Shown here one piece after another: positions 35,725 through 50,110 of a stretch of 64,000 nt of DNA. The stretch is from NCBI GenBank assembly GCA_051294905.1, contig CM119378.1:744001-808000 (forward strand), read 5' to 3'. This stretch comes from Botryllus schlosseri. Taxonomy: Eukaryota. Under the pieces are notes generated by a model. It was not told the origin of the DNA, searched no databases, and saw only the letters and a list, made by a program, of their open reading frames with translations. The first letter of the stretch is position 1. Each line of letters begins with the position of its first letter. The translations under genes and the position numbers were made by a program.

Positions 35725-38700
35725 ATGGAGGTGTTGTCGTCTCAACAGCTGAAGAGGCTGGAAAAACACAAGTACAGCTCTCAAGGTTCCTCGCTTTTGG
35801 AACCATATTTTCAAGGTAAGTTAATAACTGTGCCACACTGCCATGTGATATAGCTGGTCGGTCCTGCACCAGCTGAAGTTCAGTTCATTTATTACTAATA
35901 ATAATAATTATCCTTCTTTAAAAACACCGCAAGACTGGATACAATGAAAGAATAGGCGTGTGTTGAAAGGACTTGGAGTGGTCTTTGAAATCAGACACCT
36001 ATCTAGGCCTAAGGTACACTGAATGAGAGAATGACCCCTACGGAATCTCGTTTCATTTTTTCAATTGAATCCTGCGAGATGAGAGCTTTTCTGCATAGAA
36101 GAATTTAGTAATTGAACAGAAAGTTCTGCGTGACGTTGCCAGCAGTTCCACTCCGGCTGAATCATAAGAACGAAAGATTATAGACTGTTTGGTGGTTACG
36201 TCTTTATCATCTTGGTGCTGGAACGGTGGATAGCCCATACGAAGACACTTTCTATTCTCAACTTGACCATGAATAATCAGGATTACCCATCTTATCCTTT
36301 TTAAATCAAGTGTACATGCCTCTTGTTGCACGCAGTAGGCCAAGGTGGGTGCCAATGCAAGTCGTTTCGACACCTTCACATCTTTTCATCATATCGCAAT
36401 CTTGTGGTGTATTGATTGGACGATGATGATCCTAAGCACAATTCTAATTATATGGTACTCACAAATCATATGTGTTCTCCACAAACATGACGTAAATTGT
36501 ACTACATGCAATGATGCATGGAACATTTATTGATGATGCTCAAGTTGTTGTGATGTGAATAAGGAAGTACTCCAGACTAGGAACCGCAAGGTTCTTGAGT
36601 CCGCACCACCATTTTCCCCTCCATGCTATCTGTGGAGCCTTTTCTTGCAATAGAATTTCAATAAAATGATTGATTGATTGATTAGTAATGACTTCTGTAG
36701 TAAGATGCTCCTTGCCTGGGTCGCTCGGGATTTGAATACTTTGTTATGTCGAGCTTCATGTCTAATGTCTGTGCATCACCTTTGAACGAATTGCATTTAC
36801 ATGTTATCGATATCAAATGAAGAATAAATAATCTCTACCTTTCCCACTAACTCATAGACGTCACTCTCTATTTCAGTGTTTTGGAGATGGTTGATTGAGA
36901 TTTTCCCAAGGACGATTGCCCCAAACACGATCACCATCACCGGGCTTGCTGTGAACATCATTTCATCGTTTTTTATTATGTGGTCATCTCCGACCGCCAC
37001 GGAAACTGTGAGTAATTACAATTGCTCTATAGCTATATAGGGCAATGGTTCTCAACCTTTTACTATGGCTGGGCAAGTTCGATACGATTAGGCTTCAAAA
37101 CGGGTATTGGAATATCACTCATTATGACATCACAAAACTATATGAATGATGTGGAAAGTTCAAATATGTACCATTTACCGTTACCACAATAAAATGTCAG
37201 TTTTACTTCACATTGAAGATTATGTGGTAACCTATTTCATTGCACTTTGTCGTAATGCTACGTAGGATGACAGGCTTCCAAATTGGGACATCTTATCAAT
37301 ACAATGCCACTAAGAGTTGATTTAACAACGAGAATTAAAGATACTATCATTTCAGTGATGAACTCTAATCATTGTTCCCAGCCATAATCATTACCCCAAT
37401 AAGAAACTACAGAATTCAGTCACCCCAATTTCGATACAATAATACTCGATACTACATCTTGATGAAAGAGCAGAATCAGCCTTGCCCATAATTCCACTTC
37501 AAACATTCACTCAATATAAATGATATTACAGTGCTAGCAATTACTAATTGAATATATGATGTAGTCGTTCAACTGGAGTGTCCGTTTGATGTGCAATTAT
37601 GGACTGCTTATGCGGAAACCGGTCTGTATCCCCTATGAAAATCGGGTGTGGACACTGGACAGGCTAAAAAAAAAATTTGTGCATGAAATGAATTTTGACA
37701 AGTTACCCTTCAAGAATTGCCAATGCTTTAGTAAAATAGGAATGGTTTCAGGTTCGTGGTAATTAGTCAATTGTAATCAATAGTATTTTCATGTTGAAAT
37801 AAACTGGAATATATTTGGCTGGCGCGCTTCTGGAGTAGTCAGCAACTAGTAGAGTAGAGAATTGAAAGGAACATCGTTGTTGTGGATTACTCCTGACGAG
37901 TGTCAGCCGAAAATATTCGGGTTCAATATGTATATATTATTTAATTGCATGTTGAAATTGTGTACCTCCAAGAGTGTCAAATACTGAAGGGTTTGCTTTC
38001 TGATTGCAGGTTCCATCTTGGATTTATGTTTTCAATGCATTCGCATTATTCATCTATCAAGCGCTGGATGCAATCGACGGGAAGCAGGCTCGGAGGACCG
38101 GTACGTCGTCACCACTGGGAGAACTGTTTGATCATGGATGCGATTCCATTTCAACAGGTACAATTAGGCTTGTAACCAAGTCACAAGGTTCCGAATTACT
38201 GGTCAATGATCTTACTTTTGTAGTTTTGACTCGGGTCAAGGTCAAAAATTAGGACTCTGGGTTGAATTTCGTGCTCCCTTTTAATATTATTATATTTATA
38301 ACCGAGCTAACTCTGTTTTTTTTTTCACAAAATGTTTCAGTTGTGGTCGCCATCGCATGCAGCTGCTCCATGCTTCTCGGCAAGTCTCCGAACATGATGT
38401 TCGCCATGTGCATGGTCTCAGTAATGCTTTTCTACTTTGGGCACTGGGTGTCGTATGTTACTGGGACCTTACATTTCGGAAAGTGAGAACCCTTTTCAAC
38501 ATACTTGCACAAATGTGCAATCGAGATAGTTGACGATCATGTTTTGAAAAGCGAGTAGTTCTATTTCTTGTGGCACATTTTAAATTAATTTAGTTGTTGA
38601 ACCACTAGAAAACATGTGTAATCGTTTGGTGTGAATCGTGATACCGGTATTCTGTTGTGTGATGTTCTTGCAGCCATTGCTAGATCAGAGTCATCACTAC

Positions 38701-41700
38701 TAACAGTAGCGCAGCCAGGTGTGGGTTTTTGAAGGATGAAATTCCTCCCATTTCAATTTGAAATGCCGATTCTATCCTCAATACATCCTAGCTCATTTGC
38801 AATTCAGTGATTCGTATTATCGGTTATAAGTTAGTTGTGTTTTAGTTAGTTGCGTATTTTTGAAGGTCGTTAGTTGTAGTTCTAGCTTGGTTGCACATTT
38901 TATATATCCAGTAGTCTGCTTTTTATTCGTCTTTGGCTGAGCCCCGACAGTAAAAAACTGACCGAGAAACTTGATGATTGCAGGGTCGATGTAACCGAAG
39001 TTCAACTCGGCACGATGGCCATCTTTATGGTGTCGGGAATATGCGGACCTGAAATTTGGGAGATGGAGGTAAACTTGATTTTCGGAATGTACTCGCTGCA
39101 ATTCAAGTACTCTTGAATCTTAGTCGAGTAATAATCCTTATGATTCGAGTCGAGTAGTAAAAGACAATTTTTTCGAGTAATGAATTTACGTGCTCCTCTC
39201 CACTGAAAGGTCATTTTTAGACGAGAATTATAGTTTCGATACTGTTTTCCACTGTGGAAGCCGTGAAACCTTGATCGGCCGTATCGCAACATACGAAACA
39301 TACAGTACAAAGCGACCCACGTTAGTGAAAATAACACTTTTGCGAAGTCGTGATCATCCCACAACATTGTCACAAAGTGCAATGAATTCGGTCTGGTCGA
39401 AAAAATATCAAAGTATCTTTAATGTGATGTAGAGCCGGCATGGTATTCTTTGTGGTTTAATAGCGTTAACGCTGTTATGACGGCATGTGGGATACTCTAA
39501 TACTCAACTTGAAGCTTAACTCGAGAATTGAATCACTCACTCTATTTTGCCCAGACCTATACATGACAGAATCAGCTGTTTGGGGATGAATATAATCACT
39601 CGACATGATTACACGACTAAAATCGTTTGTTCCGAATTACACTTCACAATGGAAGGAAACATTCGTACGTCACTATTTCAGCCGTATGTTGTCAGGAAGT
39701 TGATGTGATTTCGTAGAACACTGGTTTGATGGTTGGTGCACTACGCTGTTTACAAACTTAATTTTGATTTCAGCTGCCGATGTTGTCGATCCCTGCGAAA
39801 TTCATCCCTCTGTTGTTTGTGTTTGGCGGATGTGCGATGACGGCTCTACGTTTTGGGGCGCTCATCGTGAAAGGGGGTTGCGGACCGAACGGATCGTCCA
39901 TCGCGGTAAGTAGACCTGACTTGGTTAGGCTGTTTGATTTTGAAAATGCTCAACCACTATTAGAACTAAAACTACTCACTTTTCAAAACCAGCAACTTGA
40001 AATAGAACTTGAATTAACCACTTTTGAAAATCCACAACTAACTAGATATAATTTCGGACTTGTACAAACTACTCGCTTTTGAAATCTCCCAAAAACAGTA
40101 GTTAGTTGACGGTCAACTAGCTAGATAGGTAGTGTGTTGTGATTTTGATGCTATCGGTTCGTCAGTGATATCAAAACGACATTGCACTTTGAAAGAAATA
40201 TCGGTATCGAACATTATAGGTAAAAATTCGGCAGGAGTTCATTTATCAACGAGAATTAAAGTTAGGATAGTGTTTTCCACTCTGGCAGCCTGAAAACCTT
40301 GATTGGCCGTATCGCAGCATACAGAACATAATACAAATCTGCGAACTTTACTGGAACTAGCACATTTCCGAAGTCATGATCATCCCACAACATTGTCACG
40401 AAGCGCAATGAAATCGGTATGGTCGAAAAAATACTAAAGTATCTTTAATGTGATGGATAACGGGCATTAAATTATTTGTGGTAGCATAAAAGGTACATGT
40501 TTGAACTTTTACGTATTATATTCTCGACACGAAGCATAATGCGGGATTCAGAATCGAATCACTCAGGTACTCGATTTTGACCAGCCCAACTTACGGGCGT
40601 CCAGAGTCAACCTTTCTTTAGCTTACTTCATGTCCAAACATAGCAACCGGTGTAAAGCTAGCTGTTCAAATAAATGCTCTGAAGTTTTTGGAATGTGCCA
40701 TGAGCATTGAGCGAATTGCCGTAGCTTTTCAATATTGCCTGAATATAACTGGGTTTTCGGTGACGCTGCTGGTTATCGGTATCGGCTCAATAATCCGATA
40801 TCCGTGAATGTTCTAATCTCGGTTTTGGTCCAGGGAACCAGCGTCCTGTCCCCGTTTTTCAACATGGCCATCGTTTCGTTGCTTGCCCTGATTATCGCGA
40901 AGAAATCGGAAACCGATCTGTTCGAGCAACACCCTGTATTGTATCTCATGTTTTTCGGGGTCGTCGGTGGCAAAGTCACGAATCGACTTGTGGTGAGTGC
41001 AAAACCGTTTCTATCTCTCTAGCACAGGTGGTGACTAACGCAGTACTTTTTTGGAGTATACAATTGAATAATATATTGTGTGAAATAAACCTCGAATATT
41101 TTCGGCTGACACTCGTCAGAGGTTATCGTCAGCAACTAGTAGACAATTAGAAATAATACACAGTCATATACAAGTTTTATTGAATTATATACTAGTTGCT
41201 GATGATCGAGTGTAATTCAATTTGAATATATTGTTTAATTGTATGCCAAGATTCACTTATTTGGAGTACTCAAATAGGTTTTACCAACTACTTATACTTC
41301 TACTGCACAGTTTCAATGCAAAACTAATACCTTTAATTATACAGTTTTCATTTTTTAAAGTAGAAAATAGTTGGGGTGTCTGTTTTCACGTTTTATGTGC
41401 AAAACTGTCGAATGAACTGGACCTAGGTTTCCCTACTTTTACCGCTTAGTTGGATATGCTTTTAGACTACTTCTACTTAACTTTCAGGGCAAAACAACTT
41501 GCTTTTGCACTTTGGGTTTTTGGGAGTAGTTTTATGATGGGTTTGCATTTGTCATACAGACTCAATATATTTTCTTAGAATCTACCTATTTCTAGTGCCA
41601 TTTTGTGTGAGTCACAAAGATATATCTTGCCATTTCGAAAGATGCCATCCCTAATCAAAGTATGCGGCCCCTCGACCCAATCTACTTCTTCGTACTACTC

Positions 41701-44304
41701 GAATAGTTTCAGATCTCATTTTCTGCTTTCACTTGAAGTAGTTTTGTCACGTCTTTGGTCTTGCCACTTCAACTTGTAATTCAGTAGAAATGTAAGGCAT
41801 TACTTCTAGTTGAGTAGCAACGATGGCTACTTTGACCACATATGCTCTGTCGATAAATGACTTGAAATTTCATGCCGGTGACGTCACATTTTGTGATACC
41901 GATTGTTGATATACAATGTTCTTTCGAATTATGTACTAGTTGCTGACGATGACCCCTGACGAGTGTCAGTTGAAAATATTTGGGATTGTTTCCATATGAG
42001 TATATTATTCAAAAGTATGACGAGCCCTGTTTAATTTCGCATACTTTCGTTACTCAAAGGTCGCTCACATGACACGCAGCGAACTGCAACTTCTGGACAC
42101 TTCCCTCCTCGGTCCAATGCTCTTGTTTCTCAATCAATATTTCAACACAATCTTCAACGAATATTTCCTCCTGTGGATATGTATGGTGAGTGATGGATAT
42201 GATGTTCAACTCCCCCTACAAACACAACAGGTTTTGCGGATTGAATGAAAACTGCACGATCAGCAGTAATGCGCTCTCACTCTTCAGCAAATTTATATGC
42301 ACCGCTGATGAACTTTATACAGACTGATTCGAGCTGTGTACATTCTCTGCAGTCTCCTTATTGTTGTGGACAGACTCGTAGTTTTCTATGCATGCAGTCA
42401 GACTTGAACGAACTACTCTCTTCAAACTAGAACTATGTCTGCTCACTTTTCTAGACTCGCAACTAGAACTGGAACTGCTCGCTTTCAAAATCTTGCAACT
42501 AGACCCAGAACTAACAGCCTTTGAAAAATCTGCAACCAGCTAGCTACAACACAACCAACTAATAAGTGATACGACGAATTACTGAGTTGCAAATGATCTA
42601 AGAAATATTGATGAATGATGATTAAATTTGCATTTCAAACAGGGTTGTAACCAAGTCACAACGCTCCGAGTCACAAGTCAATCTCACTTTTATAGTTTTG
42701 ACTCGAGTCAAGACTAGTCATTTTCAATTCACCACCGAGTCAAGTCCAAGTCATCAATCAGAGCATGGAGTCTGAGTCGTGGTATTATGACTCGGGTCCG
42801 AGTCATTGTATTGACTGCTCAGTTTCCAGTTAAAGTAGGCTTACCATATTTTGAAAATGCAAAAAGAGGACACTTTTTCAGAAATTTGCAAGATACAAAA
42901 CCGGAGTAGAATTCTTAAAAACCGGTGAATTTTTCCCACTTTGCGGTCGGTTGACTAAAAAAAAAAAAAAGGTCATCACTTCCGCTCAGATCTCAAAATA
43001 CCGTCTTTTACTCTAAAAAAAAAAAAGGTCATCACTTCCGCTCAGATCTCAAAATACCGTCTTTTACTCTAAAAAAAAAAAAAGGTCATCACTTCTGCTC
43101 AGAGCTCAAAATACCGTTTTTCTCTCCGCATTGCCAGATGGATGACTAAAAAAAAAAAAAGGTCATCTCTTCGCTCAAAGCTAAATTCACCGTTTTTCAC
43201 TCCGAAATATCCGCCGGACCGTCACTTCTGTGCTAATTTGCGGCATATCAGACCTACATTTTCAAAAAAGAGGACAAAATCTCAAAAAAGAGGACAAAAG
43301 GGCGTCCTCCGAGGACACTTTCAAAAAAGTCAAAAAAGAGGACAAATCCTCTTAAAAGAGGACGTATGGTAAGCCTAAGTTAAAGTCACTTATAATATAC
43401 TAATTTCCCTCACTTTTTGGTTTCTGGTCGCATGTTCAAGTACCAGTACCAATGGACAAAATCCCTCTATGGTGGTTACTTGACTATTCTTCGGAAATAC
43501 AATGAAATGTCTGTCTTGGCCGTCTGAGTCTCGAGTCATATTCATATGCGCAATGACTCGAGTCCAAGTGGAGTAAATACACAGATCATCAGAAAATCGT
43601 GATACAACCTTGATTTCAAAAGCGCAGGGTTTCTAGGTGTACTAAAGCTGAATTCTTTTTAAAATACACATCTAAAACCAGATTTACTAAAAAAAAAAAA
43701 CAGTTAGTTGACCCTCGACAAACCAGACCAGGGATGACCAACCTTTTTGAAACCAAGAGCTACTTTCTTGGGTACTATACGACAGGCTACCAGTTACTCC
43801 CGCGGGTTATCCGTGATCAGTCGGATTTCTTCTCTTGGACATTCAGAGCACTCATTAAGGGTCTCCGACCCTTGCCAAGAATGGAAAACTCTTACTGATA
43901 GGAACTCACACCAGCGTCTCCAGGCTCCGCTGTGTTGCCGTATTACGCACCGAAGCACAAGTTTCCATGTGGAGACTTGGGAATATTAACTAGAATCCCG
44001 TTAAGCCTCCGTATGGGCGAAAACGCGCAACGCCGCGATCGAAAACTGTTCCTTAGGGTCAACTAACCCATGTAACACTGGTGCTCATATGAAACCCTTC
44101 TTCGCTTCGTCTGTCACATCTCTCATTTGCATTTGCTATGAGAAATCAGCACATATTGTTTTGATCTCATTTTTTCAGATTCATGCAAGTGTTGATCTTC
44201 TGCTTTACTTGACGAACACATATCGGCAAATTTCATCGCATCTTGGCATCGCTATATTTACAATACCGCCTCCAGAACAACAGGTTGTTCCAAAGAGTCA
44301 CTGA
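35725..44304 (+). CDS. CEPT1: Choline/ethanolamine phosphotransferase (CEPT1/CHPT1 family), 379 aa. Exons 35725-35815, 36877-37007, 38010-38157, 38341-38482, 38984-39068, 39774-39905, 40834-40992, 42060-42185, 44179-44304
   Basis: [19 protein letters not shown], the CDP-alcohol phosphotransferase motif [49 protein letters not shown] and VAHMTRSEL. Nine exons with GT-AG introns total 1140 nt in frame. CEPT1 versus CHPT1 cannot be resolved by eye (likely co-orthologue). Confidence 0.96.
37888..37923 (+). ncRNA. Candidate minimal type I hammerhead ribozyme motif within a palindromic repeat
   Basis: actc-CTGACGA-G-tgtcagc-C-GAAA-atat-TC-gggt; related copies at 41087-41125 (-) and 41951-41987 (+). 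Confidence 0.4.
42640..43612. mobile_element. hAT MITE with nested MITE 42836-43377 that carries a ~56-bp tandem repeat
   Basis: Outer TSD atttcaaa and inner TSD agttaaag are both perfect; inner TIR taggcttaccata. Inner family also at ~15700-16152. Confidence 0.9.
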
Positions 44305-46132
44305 ACCAACTTCATATCGAGATTATTAGAATTTATTTGTGAAAACGTCCTACTCCCTCCACCGATCTCCCTATTTTTAGAACCTCGCTGGAAAGTTGCT
44401 GGTTTAAATTCGCTTACCATTTGCAAATGTGTCGTGACTGTTCTGTTCTGTTGCTCATTTTGACGGTATAACTGTTTCGTTACAATCCAACTTTCGCAGA
44501 GAAACCGCATAAATGAATGTGTTTCCCTCGTGATTCTTGCCAATTGCCGTCTGCTCTGGGATATTTTGTGATACGAACATTCCGTGTGAATTATTACTGT
44601 AATTTATGAATTGTGATGTTTATTTGGAAATCGGGACAGTTCCTGTATTACATTGCTTGTTGTGCTCTGGTCTTCTTGCATTTAGATATATATATATGAG
44701 CAGATCATGGTTTGGTAGAAACTGCAGATTTTGTATACAATTGAAACAGGTCACTTGACTCAGATTTAGAATGATATTATATATTTCAGCTCAATTACAA
44801 GTGAAGTAGCAAAACGTCTCAAAGGGAAACACAAAAAAGTATCAAGTCGTTTCAAAAGTAGATTTTGTGGAGGCATCCCAGTTAATTAGAGTTGGTCAGG
44901 TAGACAATTCTACTCATTCTTGTAAGAACAAAATCAAGTTCTCATCATTGTCCAATTTCTTTCAAACAACTTCTTCAATTTACGAATTCAGTCATTCAAA
45001 TCTAGGAAGAAGCTGAAAGTAGTGTTAACTAATGACACAAAGAACAGGTGCAATTTTCAAAGATCTTATTCACCGTGCGATGAGCTATTTCACATATTGA
45101 TGACCGTGTCTCCATTAAAGTGGTCGGTCCCAAAAGTACTTTCTCCTTTTCAAAGTGCAAAAGTAAATAGTTTTGCATAATAGCCAGTAGAAGTGCGCGT
45201 ACTCTAAAAGCAGCCACAAATTGTGCTGTGTATTATTCTCGCAATGCAGTGGATGACACTTGTAAGGAATCACACTCATCAAGGAAATTTTGTAATCTTA
45301 CGTATATGACATACATTTTACTACATAATACAATTTGTGCTTGCCATCAAGTGGCATAAAACCGAAGTTCTACAGAGAAAGCATATAAATCCAAGTTCTG
45401 TCAAGAGGATGAGCAGATAAATAGCGAAAAACGCACCGGTCACACAACCCCGAGATGATTTGAGTAAACGTAGTATTCTTGATTCTTACCAAAATCATAC
45501 CATCTGTTCCTTACAGATCAACAAGAACTCTTGGAAGTGCATATTAAGGTTGTTCAAAATTAAGAATTTTTCTAAATTTTACAGGCTACTTGATACTTGT
45601 TGGCTAAAAAATGCAGCATATCAAAATTATCTCAATTTCAACCCCATAGCTATAACAGTAGAATAATTTAGATTTTACTGGATACCTCATGAAAATTTTA
45701 AGTTGTCTAAAAAAACAATGCAAAACAAATTTCACTCAATTCCAAGCCGTAGTGATGGTGTAGAAAACTTTTGATTTGGATTTGAAAAAAATAGTATTTA
45801 CGGTGGGAAATCGTTTTAATTATTATTGTACAGTTCACTAATTTCGCTTCTACCATTTGGAATTGAGCCAAATTTGCTATGTATCGTTTTTCGGATAACC
45901 TAAAAATATCATGGGGTAGCCTAGCCAGTAAAATTTCAAAAATAATTATTTACTATTTTTATAATCTAAAATTTTTTACTCTTACGGCTCCGCTTCTACA
46001 GGTTGGAACTGACCCAAATTTAGTGAACAGCGTTGTTTTAGCCCGTCTAACATGTGTATCAACTAGCCAGTATAATTTCAAGAAAACGGTTCTTTTAAAC
46101 GACCATATCGCAACTTCTTGAACCATAAATGT

Positions 46133-47777
46133 CTATTCCGCGCCCGTTTTCAGAAGTCTGATACATTTTTCGAGGTTATCCAGAGCCGTGGCTACGTCTT
46201 GATACATAATCGCGCTGGACGCATACTTGCAAAGCTTCTGCGCATGGTTATATTGCGCGGCCGTCAGTTCCACGCCACTCGCTGTCTGATATGACGGTTC
46301 TGGTTCGTAGGATTCGACCGGGGCTTGAGGGGCAGGCTTTGAACGTGTCACAGGTTTGGGTGGTTGTGATGGTTCAGGTTGGGTGACAGGCTCTTGGTAG
46401 CTTGAGCCGGATGCGCCTTCTCCGAGTTCATCCTCCCAATTGTCCTCCAGTCCCCCGACGGGGCCAGGTTGCGGGGTTTCGCCATTCTTGAGACAATTGT
46501 GGATGTACGTTGCCTTCCAACGGGCGTACTTACGTTGGACTTTCCCCTCATCTGACAATTCATTGGTTAAACCCTCAGCTACATCGTAAAGTACTGAGGA
46601 AGTGTAGAAGGCTCTAACAACGTTTTTCCCGAAATCAGAGCCTCTATCTTTGGCGTCGGCGTACGTGAACAATTTCGACGCCTGTTCTTCAACGACAACA
46701 GAACCGACCACCTGTGAAAATTTGTATATCTATTACAAAGGGACTTTACTACTAAGACAAAAAGGCACGGATCAGGTGATGATAGGGTTACCATATGTAC
46801 TCCTGTTTCCAGGAATGGAAAATGTCCTCCAAGGACGCCCAAATGTCCTAATTTTTGGCAATTCATTTTCCTTTATAGCTTTGAGAACCAGGCGATTGTA
46901 CACGGCCAAGAAAAAAATGACATAAATGACGCAAAATCTGGATTTTGACGGCAGTGACAGTAAGGTTCATTAAAAAGGTCAACAGCAACCTATTTTACAT
47001 AGTAGAGTTGGAAAAATGACCTGTTTTTCCGCAAAAACTTCCAAATTACCTGTTTCCTTGTCCGCTATTATATCTATTGTAATTTGTAAAAAGTGTGTCC
47101 TCTCTTTCGGATCTCAAAATTTGGTAAACCTAGGTGATGAAAAAGAAAGAAAAAGATAGAGACCAGGCGATCGTATTACTGAACAATTAATATAAGTAAT
47201 TATTCAAATGGTCATGTTTATAGACTACCTCCAGTTCTACAGTTTTCATATTTTTAGGAAAAATGATGTCTAGAATTTTTACTTGAAAATTTCAACTTGT
47301 ACTTCAGTATATATATTTACAAATTTACTTCTACTTTAGCAACATGTACGATGGCAACTTCGACCACATCTGGAGACGAATGAGTCATTGAACAGGACCA
47401 CTCAAGACTTAACTTAAGAAACTAGAAAATTTTCAGCTTTTACCGAATTTACAAAAAAAATCTTGGAACTTGAATCAGTTACTTTCAAAACAGACCACTG
47501 AGATAAGAGATCGAACTCTGATGACTACGGTACGTACATCAGATGAAATCTGTTCTTTCTTCTCGGGATCTTTAGATAAGTTGCCTTTTTGCGTCTCCAA
47601 CGAAGTCATCAACTGCAGCAGGAATTTCTTGCAATCTGGTGACTTGCTGTCTATCTTCATTCCAGTTTGCATCGCGTGCATGTCGCAATGATATGCAACA
47701 ACTGGTTCTCTTTTGCGCATGTCATTTGCCACTTTCAAGTATGGCTGAATAGCCTTGAGATTACCAGGTAACGCCAT
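46133..47777 (-). CDS. VTA1: Vacuolar protein sorting-associated protein VTA1 homolog, 272 aa. Exons 47777-47538 and 46711-46133
   Basis: MIT-domain N-terminus (LKAIQPYLKVA...REPVVAYHC..HAMQ), KYARWKATYIHNCLKNGETPQPGP, and C-terminal VSL motif AQKLCKYASSAIMYQDV; phase-0 GT-AG intron. Confidence 0.96.
46783..47132. mobile_element. MITE in the VTA1 intron
   Basis: TIR tagggttacca/tggtaaaccta; perfect TSD ggtgatga. Confidence 0.85.
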
Positions 47778-49521
47778 CAAAGGTATACTGCTACAAAGCA
47801 ACAATTATGCAATTGAATAATATATTCCAATTCAAGTAAACCTGAATATTGATGGCCAACAATCGTCAGGGCCTCAGGGGTAATCGGCAGCAACCATTTA
47901 CATTTAGAGATTTCACGAATTTCAGAAGAACTTGTAAAAGCATGTAATAGCGGTTAAAATAAATACTCTCAAGTTTGGGAATTGGCAGATAGATGACATG
48001 TCTTTTGAATACGGGCTGAACAATCGGTAGTGAAGCTTTATAGTATTCGTTTTTATCGGTATCGGCTCAAAAATACAGTATTGGTTGGGCTGCTGACTGC
48101 TGTCATTGTATTAGCGCATTGGAATTTGCTTCACTACACTATAAACGAGTATAAACAAATGAACAAGCAGATATTACTGAAATCTAATATGAGCTGCATA
48201 GCCTGTGTTTGACGCTGTATTTGCATATTTGGCCGAATGGGGCTAGTTTGGTAAACGACAGCTAACCTATGCCTGGTTGTGATGGTGGTTTGGATACTTT
48301 ACTTGCTAAAACAACTCCCAAGCAGTTTCGACACCTTACTATCTTCTCACTTCTCATTGTATCGCATTTTTGTGCTGTACTGAACTGATAAAATATAGCT
48401 AATAAACCGAACTGAATATATTCCATTATATTGCAGGTGGGTGTCTGATCTCAAAGACTACTCCAAGTTATTTCGACACCATCCTATCTTTTCATTGTAT
48501 CGCAGTTTTGTGGTGTTTTGAAACGATGAAAATATTAATAAAACTGACTGACTGATCAAAGGGAAGTCAGGACTCACTGGAGCGTATACATTTAGATAAG
48601 TCATGTGACAATAACATTTTTCGGGTGCCTCTAAACTAGCGGTCCCTAATCAGTCATTGGCGAGCAATGATATATATAAGTGAAATATTTAAGGGTAAAT
48701 ACGGTAATTTTGGGCATTTTTAGGGGTATAAATATCTTCTGACAAAGAGCCAATCTGACAACACTAATGTGCTATTCGGAATCAGCAACCTCAAAAACCC
48801 CAGAAGTGGCTCTCAGATGGTCTGCCTAAAATTTTTTTTCATTTTGTTGGCCAGTGTAATTCATGAAACAAGTGAATCAATGCCCATGATTTCTATGAAT
48901 ATATCACCAACCATAAAGGATGTCAAAAAAAAAGAAAGCCGAAAGTTGAAATTCAAAGATGGTTAATAACTGAACCTGCGCTAATCAACAAGGCCATTTC
49001 GGCAAGCTGCACACTTCTCAGAAGCCAGCTGCCGAGACAATAAGCTATATATTATCCTTAGGACCGTAACTACCGCACCTCAACCCCCCAATTGCGTGGC
49101 GAGCTCGACGGACGCCGAAAATTATTTCATGAGTAAACATAAATTATAGGGTATTTTTTTTGAAAATTTATGCAACTTCATTCAATGGTTTTTAGAATGG
49201 GCATTTCGGCGTTAGCCATTACCGCGCCACGACGCACCAAGATAAATGAACTTTAGGCCACCACGGGATTCCGAGAAGGCACTGTAATTGCAGCTGCTGA
49301 TCAAATTAACTATGTAAAGGGAACAAAGCCAGTGTTGGGATGACTCGAGTCATGACTTGACTCGAGACAGACTCGAGTCACCTTTTTCGTGTGACTTGAC
49401 TTGACTCGAGTCACTTTGCAGAAATGACTTGACTTGACTTGACTCGGCGCTTCAGAAATGTGGATTGACTCGTGACTCGGAGCAAAATTCACGAGTCAAT
49501 TTCAAGTCATTATGTAAACTG

Positions 49522-50110
49522 GTTGATTTGGTGTTCTAAACTTAGAAGATATGAGGAAGCTAGAAATTGCCAAGTTTATGTATCAGTTCCATTGCGGTCA
49601 ATGTCCCTCAAATTTCAAGGACTACTTCACCTCGGAGACAAAAGCGCACAAGTACAGCACACGCGCGTCAACGAAGAACAACTACCATATGATCAGGACT
49701 GAATACAAGAAAACGCATTGCTCTATCAAGTATGCCGGACCCCAATTGTGGAACAGCATCTCGCCGGCTATCCGTCAGTCGTCGAGCATGTCCGCATTCA
49801 AGTCGAAATACAAGCAATTTCTTCTAAATCAACACTAGCCAGTCTTCAGGATTACCGGACCACGACCTAACATCGACCTCGCCCTCCGCCACATGCCACC
49901 CCATTTTGTCGCTTGCGTCTTATATTTCTCTGCATTACTTTTCATTCAGTGTGCATGCCTCTTATTTACTTCGCCTAGGCTAAGGTGGGTGTCTGATCTT
50001 AATGGCTACTCCAAGTTGTTTCGACACCCTCCTATCTTTTCATTGTATCGCAGTCTTGTGATGTTTTGAAACGATGAAAATATTAATAAACCTGACTGAA
50101 TGACTGACTG
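49522..50110 (+). mobile_element. 5'-truncated CR1/L2-group LINE (RT C-terminus + 3' UTR, (ACTG)n tail)
   Basis: ORF 49551-49838 (KLEIAKFMYQF...HKYSTR...SIKYAGPQLWNSI...FKSKYK) is a typical LINE ORF2 end. The empty site is near 50930. Further tails at 24890-24974, ~48290-48555, ~35880-36010 (-), ~36340-36430 and ~61750-61850 (-). Confidence 0.88.

Noticed and set aside
42955..43175. CRISPR-like ~56-bp repeats
   Set aside because: Whole units are repeated without unique spacers, inside a TSD-bounded MITE.
44302..44463. Selenocysteine or readthrough extension of CEPT (TGA followed by about 50 open codons; SELENOI is a family member)
   Set aside because: The protein matches CEPT1/CHPT1 rather than SELENOI motifs, and no convincing SECIS was seen by eye; an open stretch of this length can arise by chance. 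A SECISearch run would settle it.
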